The notes below the pieces were generated by a model. The model was not told the DNA's origin and did no database searches. It worked only from the letters and a program-made list of their open reading frames with translations. The translations under genes were made by a program, and so were the position numbers. Below, in pieces: positions 1 to 14,300 of a stretch of 64,000 nucleotides of DNA (position 1 is the first letter of the stretch; every line of letters begins with the position of its first letter). The DNA is from Lingula anatina (taxonomy: Eukaryota; Animalia; Brachiopoda). The stretch is taken from assembly GCA_051362555.1 (NCBI GenBank), contig CM120641.1, forward strand, positions 12,710,001 through 12,774,000, read 5' to 3'.

Positions 1-1367
1 TGTCTGTTTTTTTCCACTGCTTAGAGAAGGAAAACTTTATCGAAATTGATAGCAATCTGCAAAACACACTACCTTTTTTTTCTGTAAAAGATTATTTTTT
101 CAATTGGATAAGAAAGATTCTGACCAGAAACAACCCTACCAAAAAGTTGTCCAAAAAGATACCATGAGAAGGTATCTTAACAAAAAAAATACTGCATAAA
201 ATGTACCAAGGCAATATATCTCTTCAGTCTGACACTATCGTTTCTACTGATTTAAACTTATTCAAACTCATGAAAGTCTTTAAAAAGTCTTTTGCCCCGT
301 GTTGTTTTTTCCAATCACTTTTTAAATGCCTAAAATGAAAGCAACATCTTTCCATGTTTGACCTCTGCCCAGTGTGTGGGGACTGGCGCTGAGATGGGTG
401 GTCACACTGATTGAATATAACTGCCCATAACAAAAACAGGTTCAAATAACCTCCACATCTGCCACTGGTAGTAAACATTAGGGTACATTAAGACTTAAAA
501 CATCTTTCAAATGTTATTTTTTAAAAGATCTCTAAAGTGCCTCTTCAGCAGTAATTGGAAAGGGTCAATTTTTGCAAGACCAACTATCAGTAAAAAATGT
601 GAAAAAGGAATTTAAAAAGAATTCTGCTAAAAAATCTGTGGTCATCAATTACTTGAGCAAGGTCAAATTCTTTTTTAAAAAAAATAAGGTTTGTGGAAAA
701 CAGTTTGAAATTTCATTACCATGTTTATTGGACATCAAATTATCTCAGTTGATTTCACACCAGCTATTCCTTGTCATGTTTTTTTCTTAATCTTTGAATA
801 ATTACCATGTTTATGGTTCCCAACTCTTTGAAAAGTAATTCTTTTATGTAAACCACAGTTAGATGGGAAGACAAGCAGCAGCAGGGAACCCCTTTGCTGA
901 GGAAATGACTACTGTTTAAGAAACCACAATGCTCACTGAATATAGCCACCTCAGCCACCTTAAGCATACCATGCTGTGCTTCTTTTAAGTTCAAAACCTC
1001 AAAAAAGATATTTTTTGTACAGATACAGGAAGGAAAAAAAATGACATCATTAAAACATGTGTCTTGAGTGTTTCTGAAGAAAGTTACCTTCATTGTGATT
1101 TCTACACTGCCAATCAGTTAATCAGAATTCTGTTTAAGCATAGTATTTTATGTATCATTTATAGCTTGGGGGATTTTTACATGGTGTAAGATAGTCAAAC
1201 AGTCTGTAGAACTTGGCTTCCCCAATGTGAAATTGCTATAAATCTTCTATGGGCATGTCTTACAGCTACTACCTTCTTAACATATAAAAACTAACCTAGC
1301 TTATGATTGCATGCTAACCCATTGGTGACATGAGTTTTAGTTGTTATATAGCATGTTGTTTGTCTAG

Positions 1368-1442
1368 GTCGTGTGGCACGAGGCAGTATCTCGCGACCGA
1401 GACGTGCAACCAGGCAATCCAGCATCCAGCTTTGCCCTATAG
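1368..1442 (+). CDS. MLCK-like linker exon (GRVARGSISRPRRATRQSSIQLCPI)
   Basis: tctag acceptor, G|gtatg donor, 75 nt phase 1-1, open frame, CpG-rich compared with flanks. Confidence 0.7.
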   Translation, partial: VVWHEAVSRDRDVQPGNPASSFAL

Positions 1443-4400
1443 GTATGATAACATGTAAGGGTCAAATCACATGACAGCAAACCTTTAAACAGGTCTGAAA
1501 TCGGTCTTAAAGTTTGTGATTATCTAGAGAATTTGAATCACTTTTTTCCTGGTGTACTAAAATGTGTCCTAAAATGACATTGAAAATTGATTGCAACCAG
1601 TTGAAATTAATTGCACAACCATGCTGTAAACCCAGGAGGCTTCATTACAATCATCATCCCCTATGTTTTGCTATTGCTTATAATTAAGAGACCAATTTAA
1701 AACCTGCATAAAACTGGCCTTAATGGTAAGTCATGTGAATGTCCCCTTACCTTCCCCCTAGGCACAAGACTATTAACACAGCTTAACTGTTTGAAGGTGT
1801 GCCAGCTTTCCTTGTTGTCTCCCTAACCAGTGTGTTAATTGTATCTTTTATTGTCTACTATTATTCAAAAACAAATGCTGTTTCCTTACTTATAGTATAT
1901 ATTATAGTTGTTTTCCTATAAAATGCACCTCACTATAACCTTAATAATAGATATGTATTTTGTGTCTTTTGTTTGGTTTCTTAAACCTTGTCATGTACAT
2001 GTGCACCTTGTCATGACATATGCATCGATTGTATCGATCCCTTATATTAATTGTATAGCAATTATGGAATACCTGGTGGGACATAATCTCACTGGAATGC
2101 TGCATTATTATTTTAGATGAGAGGGATATGCACGAAAGTCCTGCATTCCAAAGGCCGCTGAAGGATTGTAGTGTCCCTGAGGGGAGTACCGCTCGCTTTG
2201 ACTGCAAGATTACCGGATATCCAGAGCCTGACATTGTTTGGTGAGTTGACAGCTTGGTACTTTTTCATTGTAGTCTCCTTTATTGTTTAATCAAGAAAAA
2301 GATTACAGGAAAGGTTATACACACACATTGATGGAAAGTTTCATAACTACCAATGTATGATAATATTTAAAAAGTGAGAGAGATGTGTTTGCTAAAGCTA
2401 TATATAAAACCAACACCAGGCTTATTGAAAGCAATGATTTTAAACATCAACTCTTTAAAATGAAAAATGAACAAAAATTATCTTTTTATAAGTTAATATA
2501 CTGATTGTATAGATAAAAGATGTATCATTTTTCTATCCACAGGTACAAAGGCAGCACAAAGCTGACTCCAGATAACAAGTATGAAATAATTGCTGGTTCT
2601 GGAGGCTTGTATTCACTGGTGATTCGCAATGCACAAGTAACAGACGAGGGCCATTATACATGCAAAGCACAGTCAGATGCAGGAATAGCTGCGTCCAGTG
2701 CTAAACTCACTGTAGAGAGTAAGTGTTTTTGTGTGACAATTATTCATTTTATATGTAGCATGGAGAAGTAAAATTTTTAAATTATCATGGAAGATTTATC
2801 AATTTGGTACAAGAGCAAAATACTTAATAAGACTTTTACCACAAGACTGAATTTTTGTGCTGTTCATTTTCAGCTGTGAAAAAGCCAGCAGAAGCAGCTA
2901 AAGTAAAAGAAGAAGGACCAAAGTAAGTCAACAAAAGTTTCTCCTGCCAACAAAAAAGTCCATTTAGAAATAGTTCATGATTTTGAAGAACCATTTAGAG
3001 ATCTACTATGAACATGTACTTTTTGCTTCCCTTTTCCTGTGCACAAAACCAATAAGAGTGTCCATTTAGGAATTAAATGTAAACTTTATTGTCCTGTTTT
3101 CAACAGCCTTCTGGTAAAGAATTATGAGAGGGTTTATTCACATTCATTTAGTTGCCATCAGTAAAATCCAATGATATGTCAAATGATTGGCAATTCCCAT
3201 TTGGTCATTTGTTGGATGTCATGTAAACCTGAACCAGTTAAGGTTTATCCTCAAGTCTAAATGTGCCTACAAAGTAGCCATGAAGTCTGTAATCTGTACA
3301 CTGACCTTGTACTTGAGGCCATGTTATGATGACAGATGAGAAGCCCTGAGGCCCAAAATACCCCTCAGTCTCCTGTCACTAATGTGTTCTTTTTATAATT
3401 TGATAGTACTTTATGTCCTCTGCCATGGTTCAGTTGCACTAGAAACAGCATTTTAAGAAATGATATATGAGTTGGTGTTTTTGAAGGTGAAGGTAATAAT
3501 ATCTTGAAAAAAATAGTTAGTCTGTATGCATTTGATTGAAAAGGAAAGATGATTCAGTGTTTAATGTTATTCATCTACTCACCACAGTTGATTTGTATTC
3601 ATGTTTTTAAAGGAAAAAGTGGCAGTATTTCAGTTGTTCTGTACTTGTGCTTTTTTCACTAACCACAAATGTCAATTATAGAAAAAGAGTAGATTGGTTG
3701 AATTCTGCCCCCATGGGGATATCAAAATGCAACATGTATCATGTATTTAATACAGTCAAACTTCTCATTTTCATGTGTGGCAGGCATCTATACTGCCCCA
3801 TTGTTACAATTATAATGTGACACCTAGCTTAAAACTTAATCATTATTCCTGAATGCTGACAGTGTTTAAGGTAGCTGTCCAATAATTAAAATGTCATGCA
3901 GGTATTAATCTTTAAATAGTGAAGAAAGACCTGGTCCATTATGATTAATCAATTTATGGTTTTAACATGAATAATGAGAAGAAAGCAGGGCCGGCAGTAG
4001 TGGAATGCGCTGTGATCAATAATTGCTCATTCTGGCTTCTGTATTACTTACAGGAAGTTTCCTCCTTACTTCATTCGAGAGCTGAAGTCTGTGAATGTGC
4101 GTCGGGGAGACTCAGTCCAGTTTTACGCAAGAATATTTGAAAAAGACCCCACATCTAAGGTGAAGTGGATGAAAGATGGAGTTCCAGTGAGTATTTTTTA
4201 TTGTGTTTAATCATTTAATTTAGCATGGGTCATTCCACAAAAAAGGCACTTGTCTGAGTCAAGTCAGTGAGGCACATACCTTGTACATTATTTGCATAAC
4301 TTTTTATATAGCAAAAAAATTTCTATTTCAGACTGTAGATTTCTTTCCACAGCAGATGGTATGATAGTACATATACATGTTCCATCACTGACATAACTTA

Positions 4401-5308
4401 GAAAATCACTTTGTTGCCAAAGGACCCTCATCATTGTCAGTATTTGACATGCATTCCTGTTACTTTCATAATAATGTCTAGCTCATCTCATGCCTAACAT
4501 CTGATCCCTGGGTTTTATTGCTTCAGGGATGTGATGCAGGTTATCCAAAATCACGATATCCATGTTAATTGTCAGAATATGCACTGAAAAGGATTATCCA
4601 TTTCATTTCTTCTCACATATAAGACATGGCAATCACTCTGAAATATGTCCCTAAGGCATTATCTTTGTGGTAGCATTTAATGTTTTCTTCACAGAAATGG
4701 AACTTAATGAAAAATGGCCTAACATTTCATTTGATTTTAATGTCAGTTTATGTGCTCAGAATAAGACTTTATGTTTCTCTTTTAATTTCTTTCCAAATAA
4801 CCTTGAACATGACATTTAAATGCATTAATGGCTTTAAGTGAATATGAGAAATTACATTGAGCAGTCAACACACTTTTTGTTTCACATTAAACTGAAGTGT
4901 TGGATTATAAATCCCTCAGTTGTATTGAAATAAATCTAAAAGACACTCATCTGTTGGACCTGGTAACATATATTGGATTACAAATATTGAAGTTTGTACC
5001 CACTTTGAGATGTCAGCATGGTTCTCATATATTTAGCTTATTATATAAACTCTTGAAGGATGCATTTGATAAATTTTGTATTTATTCAACTTGTACATAT
5101 AATGAAGCTCTATCCTCTTGAAATAAGTTAACTCTACATGTCTTATTTTCTGTTACAGTAAATTGATATTAATAGATTGTGTTCCTATTAAGTTGCATTA
5201 TTGCCACAGGCTGCCAATATGTCCAAGAACAATATAAAGCATAAATGGGACATTATTGAAGCAAATTTGACCAATAATTGGATTTTGATGGCATTTTCAA
5301 AACACATG

Positions 5309-5353
<45 letters not shown>

Positions 5354-8300
5354 ACACACATTGTCCCCAGACCAGCTTATCAGTTCCTCATCTCATTCCC
5401 TATAATCTCATTAATCAGAGTAGTTGACCAGGTACAGTCAAGGCGAAATTGATACCTCACAGGAACAAATATAACTGCTTTCAAACCACCTAGAAAATAA
5501 TGCCCTGATCCCACAGAAATAACAAATACATTGTCCAGCAAAAGTTACTCAATATTGATATATCCCCAGAGCCTTCATGCTGTAATAATTACGGGTTTTA
5601 AATGGGATAGGTACCAGGTGCAGGTAAGACAGTGTTATTCTACCCTGTAGAGATCTATAAAGATTGCTGTTTTCCCTCATGCTTCAGTAATGATTGTATT
5701 GTTTGGTGGTGTAATACCAAGTGGGATACCTTCCCAATAAAAAGAATAAGGACATATATGTAGAACTATGTAGTGCCAAGTTGTAAGGATAGGGGGAAGG
5801 GGTTTGGTTTTGAGAGCCATGGGGGAGTGGGAGGGAAGGGGACAGACTTGGATGCCTTCACACAGGTCTAAGATATTGATCATTTCAGATATAATCTGAA
5901 TATGTCCCCAGTACAAGGATCTCAAGTGATTTTAATCAAGCCAATTATCTTACAGTGTGTTACATGACAGGAATGTTGAAGAGGGTCCATTATTGCAATA
6001 TGCACTCAGTTGTACCTGGTTTACAGGTGTTATGTTTCGTGTATTAAGGTGTGCTCTGGATCAAAAGCTTTGACATTTGAGAACCTGAAAGAAAGACAAT
6101 TCTAAAAATACCATTTAGTAAAATATGGTGTTAAAACACCTGAAAAAAGTAATGTAACAGATTTTATTAATTAGTGAATAAAAATGAAAAAATTAATTTA
6201 AACTGTGCATGTGATTTATTAAACTATTTATTCATTTCATTAACTTTTCCTTAAAACAAAACTGTGAAAAAATATCATGAGACAGTTGACTTGGGTTAAA
6301 TAAAATCTTGAAATATTTAGAGATATGTCCCCTAGCATAAAAAAAGTATTAAGAAAGTTGTACTCAAGGCTATAGTATGACTTCAAATACAGACAGACAG
6401 AGAGAGGTATTACATATTTGTCCATTAAATATGTTGTGGTGAGAGGTATGTGTTCAAGTCTGCTAAGCAGATAGTGTTGTCATGCCTTTTCACAATAGAG
6501 CAGGTATTCCTCAGACCTGATAATTACCTTAGACTTAACCACTTGCTGTTTGCACTGGACTTAATGACTCACACTTCATGTATACCTTTACACTTACATA
6601 CCAGACACTAGGATGATAGTAATGAGGATGTTACTTCATTTTAATTACTTTGTTTCTATGCAGGTTTGTTGCCCAAGGGTCCTTTTGATCATTGATGTAA
6701 TTGGAGTGTAATTGTTAGAATGGTGGGTCTTTAGCTGGCTGGTTGGGGACATCATGTCATGGGAAAAGTTTTTACTTTTAATTATTTTCTATTGGCAAAA
6801 GTTTTAAATATTAATTCATGTGAGTAATCGCTTTCTTATTGGGAAGAGGAATTTGAATTCTGTACTTAATGAATTCTTATCATTAGTCTTAGATATGATT
6901 TGAAGTTATTATTAAAGGGGCAAGTTTTTTAGGTCATCTTAGGTGACATTGTTACAGATCAGATTTGTTTAAGAATTTTTTTTTTTTTTTTTTTTTTTGG
7001 GGGGTGGGGGGCTAGCGGGAGGGAGTAGGTGCTTTGAAAACTAATTCAAAGACCATGACTGGTGTACAAAAGAGGTGTTAATCTCCCTATAACAGTGGAA
7101 AGCACTTTTCTCAAATGTTGAACATATCCTTAAATAAACACACAATTACAAAAGCCTTGCTCAGTATGTTTGGGTAAGACCCAGCTTATTAGATATACCT
7201 GAGGAATCAAGCCCAACTTTTTCATTAAATTTATGTTAATTTCCACCTAATTAAACCCAACAGGGATGATTAAGTGGGTATTTAAGTGTGGGGGCGCTAG
7301 TGGTCCTCTTTCATGCTACAAATACTTCACTGTTGTCAAAAGAGGCCTAATTTGAAAGGACTGTTATTTCTCCTATTGTGTTGGACGGGGCTTGACTATT
7401 AAATAGAATGACAAAAGAAATCTGAAATCTGCCAGGCTATACACTCTGGAACATGAGCAGTTTGGAGTGAGAAGAAGAACATTGTAACACAGGTTGGGTT
7501 TGAGCACTCTGCCTGTCCCAGTCTGGAATGCAGAGCTGAGAGCTAGCATGTAAGAGAGAGACAGATTGTTTTATTGTTGCCTCTTTATTAAACTATCTGG
7601 AAGCAAATTGGAGTGATTATTCATTCAGAATGAGTATTTGGCTTTTGGCGCTCTGCTGTTAAAAAGGGGCCATGTGTTAGTTCAATAAGCACCTGAAGAT
7701 AAGCTGTGTAACACTGGTGTCTGTACTCTCTGTAATATTGAAGGATATTCAGATAGGTGAGTTCTAAAAAAAAAACTTTTTAACCATTTTCTGATAATAT
7801 GACAACAGTGATAATTAATATTGGTAAATGGAAATATCCTGTCTGTAGTTTTGGGCAGTAATAAAATAGGTGAGTTCCTAAGAATTATTTTTCTAATATA
7901 ATTTATTAATTACTGGTGAATCGGTGTTGATGGGAATTTCTTATAATATCCCATCCAGGGTCTAGAAGCAGACTGAAGGGGTCAAGAACCAATGATAGGT
8001 AAAATAAGGGGCAGTTGTCCAGTCAAAAGGCTTTTCTTATCTCTTTTTGACAACGTATATAGTTCACCACCTGTATAAGACATACCATTTGTACTCAGGA
8101 ATCAACAACAATGTCAGGTGCTTTTCTTTAGAATTAGCTTTGTCAAATGGAGAACAAAACAGTTATATTTGCAGAATTACACACCTTTTTGGTATTGGAC
8201 AAAATATGGAATTTGATCTTTCATTTTTGTATATAGAATATCATGCCACACACCCAGCAGTGTGATATATGGCCACCTGTGTACACAGTAACTGGGATTT

Positions 8301-11300
8301 CAGAGATAGTTTTGTGTCACTAAGGACAGATGGGTATTAAGCTGAACATTTACAACATGATTGAATTGACTAATGTTACCTTTCAGCAAAATTCCTAGTC
8401 TAAAGTGGGAATAATATATGGAGTAGAAAATTTCAAAGATCAAAGAAGTGGTTAAATGTAAGATGTCTGGGTGAAAATTTTGCATTGGTATGCTGTTTCC
8501 ACTACCTTAAAAAAGAAGAAATAATAAATGCAGACTGTTTTTAAGTGCAGAACTTAAGAGAACTGGTAAGACTTAGTAGACTGAAGTTAAGCATATTAGA
8601 TATTTTTGTCAAGGGACTATTCAGTACATGGGCCATAAAGTTAAAGTAATGGGGTGTAAACTACTTACAGAGTCACCATGAACATTTTGCGGCTGACACA
8701 GGTAGCAAAATAAGTAGCCACAGGTATGAAACAGTTACAGCATCGCCTGCAACATCAGACATGCCTAACTGCACCTAGAATAGGCTTAAAGTTTGATTTC
8801 AGGACCTATTTATCATTGTTCCTTGCTGAACACAGGACACTGGTAAATAGACAGCAAGTACATTTAGATGACATAACGTCTTCCAGTCAAATATTGTGCA
8901 TAATGGGCTTTTGAGTCAACTTTAGTGGAGAGTAACAAAGTGGCATTTCCTGAAGCAGCTTAGCCATTAAAGAAACAAAAGAGTTACACGTTTCTGAATG
9001 TCCACACACTGTTTTCTACATTGTAATCAGTGTGTGGCATGTGTTAACCTGGAGGTCGTATGGAAAACATCCAACATAGGTATATAACATGGGGCCCATT
9101 CTTCTAGACGTGTGCAGCCAAATAACATAGTTTCTTATCTCAACTTTGCCTTTAGGACTTCTTCATATAATTTGTTTTCTTCCTGCATTCAGTTGAGCTC
9201 AGTGTAAATACTGGCGGGACTGCTCTTGTTGCACCATTAAGCTGGCTTTGTCACAGGCCGACAGAGGGGAGCGCATTGTCACAGATGACTTAACCAGATT
9301 GGGAAGGTTTTTGCTTTGAGGAAGGTAGACGCAGGGCAGTATGTGGTCAACTGTGTAATGTACGTGCTGGTCAGTAGACCCTGTAAAGTACTTCTAGGCA
9401 AAACAAAGTTATGCTATGTGACTTATGGGCTCTTGGGCAGAAAAGTGGAGCACATTTAATTCATGAATCTCCCAATTTCATTATCATGTTTTTGCAAGAT
9501 GTCAAAAATACTTCGGTATAATTTTTTCTGCATTTTAGTGAAAATGGTAGTTTGTTAGTCCAAGTATGAGCAACAGGACAATGGTCACTTTAACCAATAT
9601 TTTACATGTTAAGGAAAAAATTAATGATAAATTTTCACTTTCATTTTCAGCTTTTTAAGAGACAATTCAAATAATTGAAATTTTAAGTGGTAGAAAATAT
9701 ACATTGTCACCAATAAAATGTGGAAGAGAGAACATTTTCTCACACTTGCCCATCTTTAATGAAGAAGCACATCCCATTTTGAGGACATTTCTCATTTCCT
9801 GTCTCCAGTAAATTTTTTTTTTTTTTTTTTGAAAATCTATTTTGATTTGGCCACAAAAACACCCTACTTCTTATTGTGACTTCTTACCTTGTAATGTGAT
9901 ACCTTTTGAGAATGCTTACAGGGCAGTAAGTATGCAAACCCATAAGACTTGGCAAAATATTTTTGTAACCTTTTTTTCACCATTCCCTCTTGCAGTTATA
10001 ATCATTTTATTAAAAGTTCTGAGATTAGAGTTGGAATGGGAGGGACAAACATGGTTTGTTGTAGTATACAGACAGGATATGGCCTTATTTGCAGAGAAAG
10101 GGGATAGAAAGTTCTAGCTAGACTAAACAAAATAGTTTTTGTGTTGGTACATGGACAGACTTGGTACATGTTGGACCAGTGGGGAGATTCCAACTCAGTG
10201 AGGATCACAATATTCAGGTTAAAATGTAACATGTGCTTTACATCAGACCTCATGCAGGTTAACCAAAAAACAATTGAAGAAGTGTGCTTGCTAAGTGGCT
10301 AAAGTAATATAGGAAATGTTAGTTTCCTATACTTCAGGGGAACTCCAGAATGCTTGGCAAAGTGAAACGAAACATCGATGACACATCACGGAAATGCTAT
10401 TTTCAATATGTTAAAAGCTATTATTAATTCAATAAATTATTTTTTTTGTGTTACGTGCCGTCTTGTAGGGAAGTTTGATGTTCAAAAAAAAAAATAAAAA
10501 AAGCAAATTTCATTAGTGCTTGAAGCAATAAAAGACCTTCACGTTTTAAGAGCTGTTCATAAAGTAATAAATATTTAAGATGACCCCTGTAAGTTCACCT
10601 TTGTCTGGGGATTCCAAGCATGTTCAGATGGTATAGTAATAAAAAATATGTCCATTAACTGGAATGTTATATGTATATTGTTTGCATATTCTGTATTAAA
10701 AGTTGACAAAAGGAAACTGATAGATACTTGCTTATAAAAGCATGATAATGTAAAGATGTGTCACCAGGTGAAGGCCATCTTTTTGCTCTGTTGGAAATAA
10801 GGGAAAATTATCCTGTTATAAGGTATAAAATGTTAGCAATATTTTATCTTTTCTAGTATATACAAAGTCAGTTGTATTATTATTATTCACAAATTTTACA
10901 CAAATTAAGTACCAACTCTTACTAAAAATCTGCCAAAAGGAATGTATTTATGTGTGACTATCCTTGCACTCATGGTGTTTCCAGATGAAGAATAATAAAA
11001 TGTTATTTTTTATACCTTATTTGAAATGAATATACTGGCAGCTCTCTATACTGGGTGTTATAAGAAAACTCCTCATTGATCCGATCAGCACATTGCAACC
11101 ATTTCATTGTATCCAGTGAGACACCCTTCTAACCTCCATTGTTAGGCAAACCCTTTTAATAAAACTGTAAACCTTTTCAATAAGTTTGCATACAGGCTGC
11201 CATAGAGAATAGTTGAATTGGTTGGGCGAATGGTAAGGTTAGAAGTAGAATAACAAACTCTTGTGTCTGAGACCTCAACCAGAATTAATGGGAGAGAGGT

Positions 11301-14300
11301 CTTTCTTTATAAAACATTCCTGGAATGCTGCTAATTAAATAAAGTCAGACAGTAATATTAAGTGCAAAGTAAACAAAGAGACATGTTTTGAAAAAAATGA
11401 TGACATAAATGGTTAAAAAACAAAACTGACATTTCATGTTGAAAATTATCTTGTATGCCAATTGATAAAAATTGTGGTCATTTCAGTTACAGATAAGCAA
11501 AATAAGGTAAATAATGGATGTCTGAAATACAGATGACTCAGAAGTTTTTTTGATAAAACTGATATATGGTTTGATATATATTATCTAAACCAAAAAGTAT
11601 AGATAAAAAGAAGTCATTAAAAACACATAACTTAAATTTGCATTGATTGATTTTTCAGCTGACAGACAGCAGTAACATATCAATATTTGAAGATGATAAG
11701 GATGCCAGCAGCCTTTTAGAAATCCAGGAAGCCAGTTTGTCTGATTCTGGGAATTATACTTGTATTGCCACCACCTTTACAGAGCAGTCCACTGCGGCAG
11801 AGGAGGGGGCACAGACCTCGGCACAACTCAAAGTTACAGGTAAGTTTTAGAGATTAATTTTCTTTTTCCTGCAGTACAGGAGGGTAAGGACAGAATAGGG
11901 TGGGAAGATTTGGGATTCAGGGACTATTTTTACAAAAGAAGTCAAAACTAAAAGTTAAATACTGAAAAGTTTTTATTTATTATATTTTGAAATAAATCTG
12001 CAGTAGTCCTCTGATAAAAAAAATGGTGGTCTAAAATAATAGTCCTTTCTTTTTTTGTTTATGTAATACAGGTGAAGTGTTACATTTAAATGGACTACTA
12101 CAGACTTATCTGGGGTCTCTTATGAATAAGAGGGTCTTTTGGGGTCTCTTATGAAAAAGAGGGTCTTTTGGGGTCTCATCATGAAACTGATGCAATTTTA
12201 CAGCATACAGCATGCCATTATAACTCTATCAATTTGTCACTTCACTTGTATTGTAACAATATATCTGTCTTAAGACCCACTTTTGGTATCAATTTAAATA
12301 GGAAAAGGCATCACCTTACCAGGCATTATGCTGAGTATAACAGGAAACTGACATTTACCTGTTTTTTGCATAATGGTATCACATAAGCATTGATGCTCAG
12401 GGACATGCTAGAATAGAAATAGGGTGCCTTGTTACAGTGCATACAATTGTGCAACAGGACACCTTTCAGCTGTTCCCCCTCTGGAGTTAAAAAACGAAGA
12501 AATGTTACACTGCTCTAACTGGGTGATCAGCAGACTAGAAAAATAGTTTCAATTTTTTGTTTCTTTTTTATTTTGATGAAATAGTTCCATGCGTCTCAGG
12601 TTTGTTATTCAAAAAGAAGCATGGGTTATTTTTTCAATTAAACAAATAGTCTACACCATGTTCAGGTAATTGCTTGATATTTTTTCTAAAATAGAAAAGG
12701 GCAATCTCCTGTGGTAAAACGATGCTTCTGTTAGTCTAAGGCTACAAATTATACAGTCATGGGTGTAAAACTTGATAGGCTTGTTACTGCAATGTTAAAG
12801 GTGTTTTCTCCATGTCCCAGTCCTGGCTTCACCACCTGTATTTGAAGAGTACTAATGTGCCTTGTGTTTAAATCCTGACTAGAATTTATCTGGTTGTGAT
12901 TCCTGTGCACTATGCAAAGCTGGATAAGTAAAAATACATAGAGAAAAGCTACATGGGTGTTTGGATAGAGAAAATAAATACTTTTGTGGCTAATAGTTTA
13001 GACTCATTATAATGGGTTAAAGAGTAAACAGGGCCTGGGGATAGCAACACAATGTTAACTGTGTATTATAACACAGGGATGACTCAACTTACAGCCATGT
13101 TCTTATGCATTCTTGCCTTTCAAATGTTTATTATGCACAAAACCTGTTTTATGGCCTGGTTTTTCTTGGTGCCTGTCTTACCATTGTGATTTAGATATAT
13201 ACAAAAACATGACTTGAACTTTGAAATGTTTTATTGGAGATATTTCAAACTGAATATTTTCTTCAGATATTTTTCCTGTCTTCTGTGTTTAGTAAATACC
13301 TTCATGATTTAGATAACAAAAAGATGGCTTGAACTTTTGAAGTGTTATGTGGTGATATTTCATGTTGTGCAGATTTTTATCCTGACTTTTGTTTATCTCA
13401 TTTGATAATGATCATAAACAGAATATTGATATTGAGTCCAAGGTCCATAAGTTATTGCACCCCTCCCCCTGTCTCACTACAGGTGACTGCTCAAGGCACC
13501 TGGACTGCTGAGAGAGAAACTGTTGATTGATGGATACATAATATTATAATGTATGTAACTATTGAATAGGGAAAAAACACTACAGATACAAGAGAGAATG
13601 AAAATGAGCATCTATTTTCAATTGCTGATTTTTTTTCCATGTGAAAAAACTGGGACAGGTTTTTTTTCTGTTCACTCAGATGATATATAAGAAGAACTAT
13701 TTAATTTTTCAGACCTTGATGAGGAAGAAAACGAGGACGAGATGGCATATGTTTCAAGACTGGAATGGAGGTAAGTTGACACAACTGCCTGCTGACAGGA
13801 GATGAAAATGAAATAAAAAACTTTTCATCTTCAACTATTTGTAAAAAAAATTAATTTTACATAAGGATTTTAAAATTAATTTTACATAAGGATGTAATTA
13901 GAATAATCTTTGAAAAGAAAAGAGGATATATTATAAGTATGTTCTAAGAATTTTTTATTAAAAAATTATAAATATGTTTGTTCAAATACCTCACACTCCT
14001 TGTGAGATTTTAAATGCATGACACTAATGAGACGCTGTAACTTCAAACACAGACTCACTACTTGAGATATAACAGGCATAACACCCTACACAACAATTAT
14101 GACTCTAGTGACAATTACTTTTGAAGATCCAACAGTTGATTTATTAGAATATTACCTTACCTCACATTTCATTAGGGCGACATAGTCTTTTATTGAAAGA
14201 GGTTATTCTCAATTTTATACTTTCCATAGTTCAAAAGCTTTATGAAAAAATTAATTCTAACCTGCTATTACATTCTTGCATGTCACATAGACTGTCATGA

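Noticed and set aside
224-1093. Short ORFs in the ORF track (and most other 60-110 aa intronic ORFs)
   Set aside because: AT-rich, F/L/I/K-biased translations with no domains or splice support; expected by chance
12112-12186. 29-bp repeat considered as CRISPR-like
   Set aside because: Head-to-tail units with no unique spacers, in a eukaryotic intron; a minisatellite
13847-13893. Local 25-bp duplication (aaaattaattttacataaggat x2)
   Set aside because: Two copies of AT-rich sequence; ordinary slippage duplication
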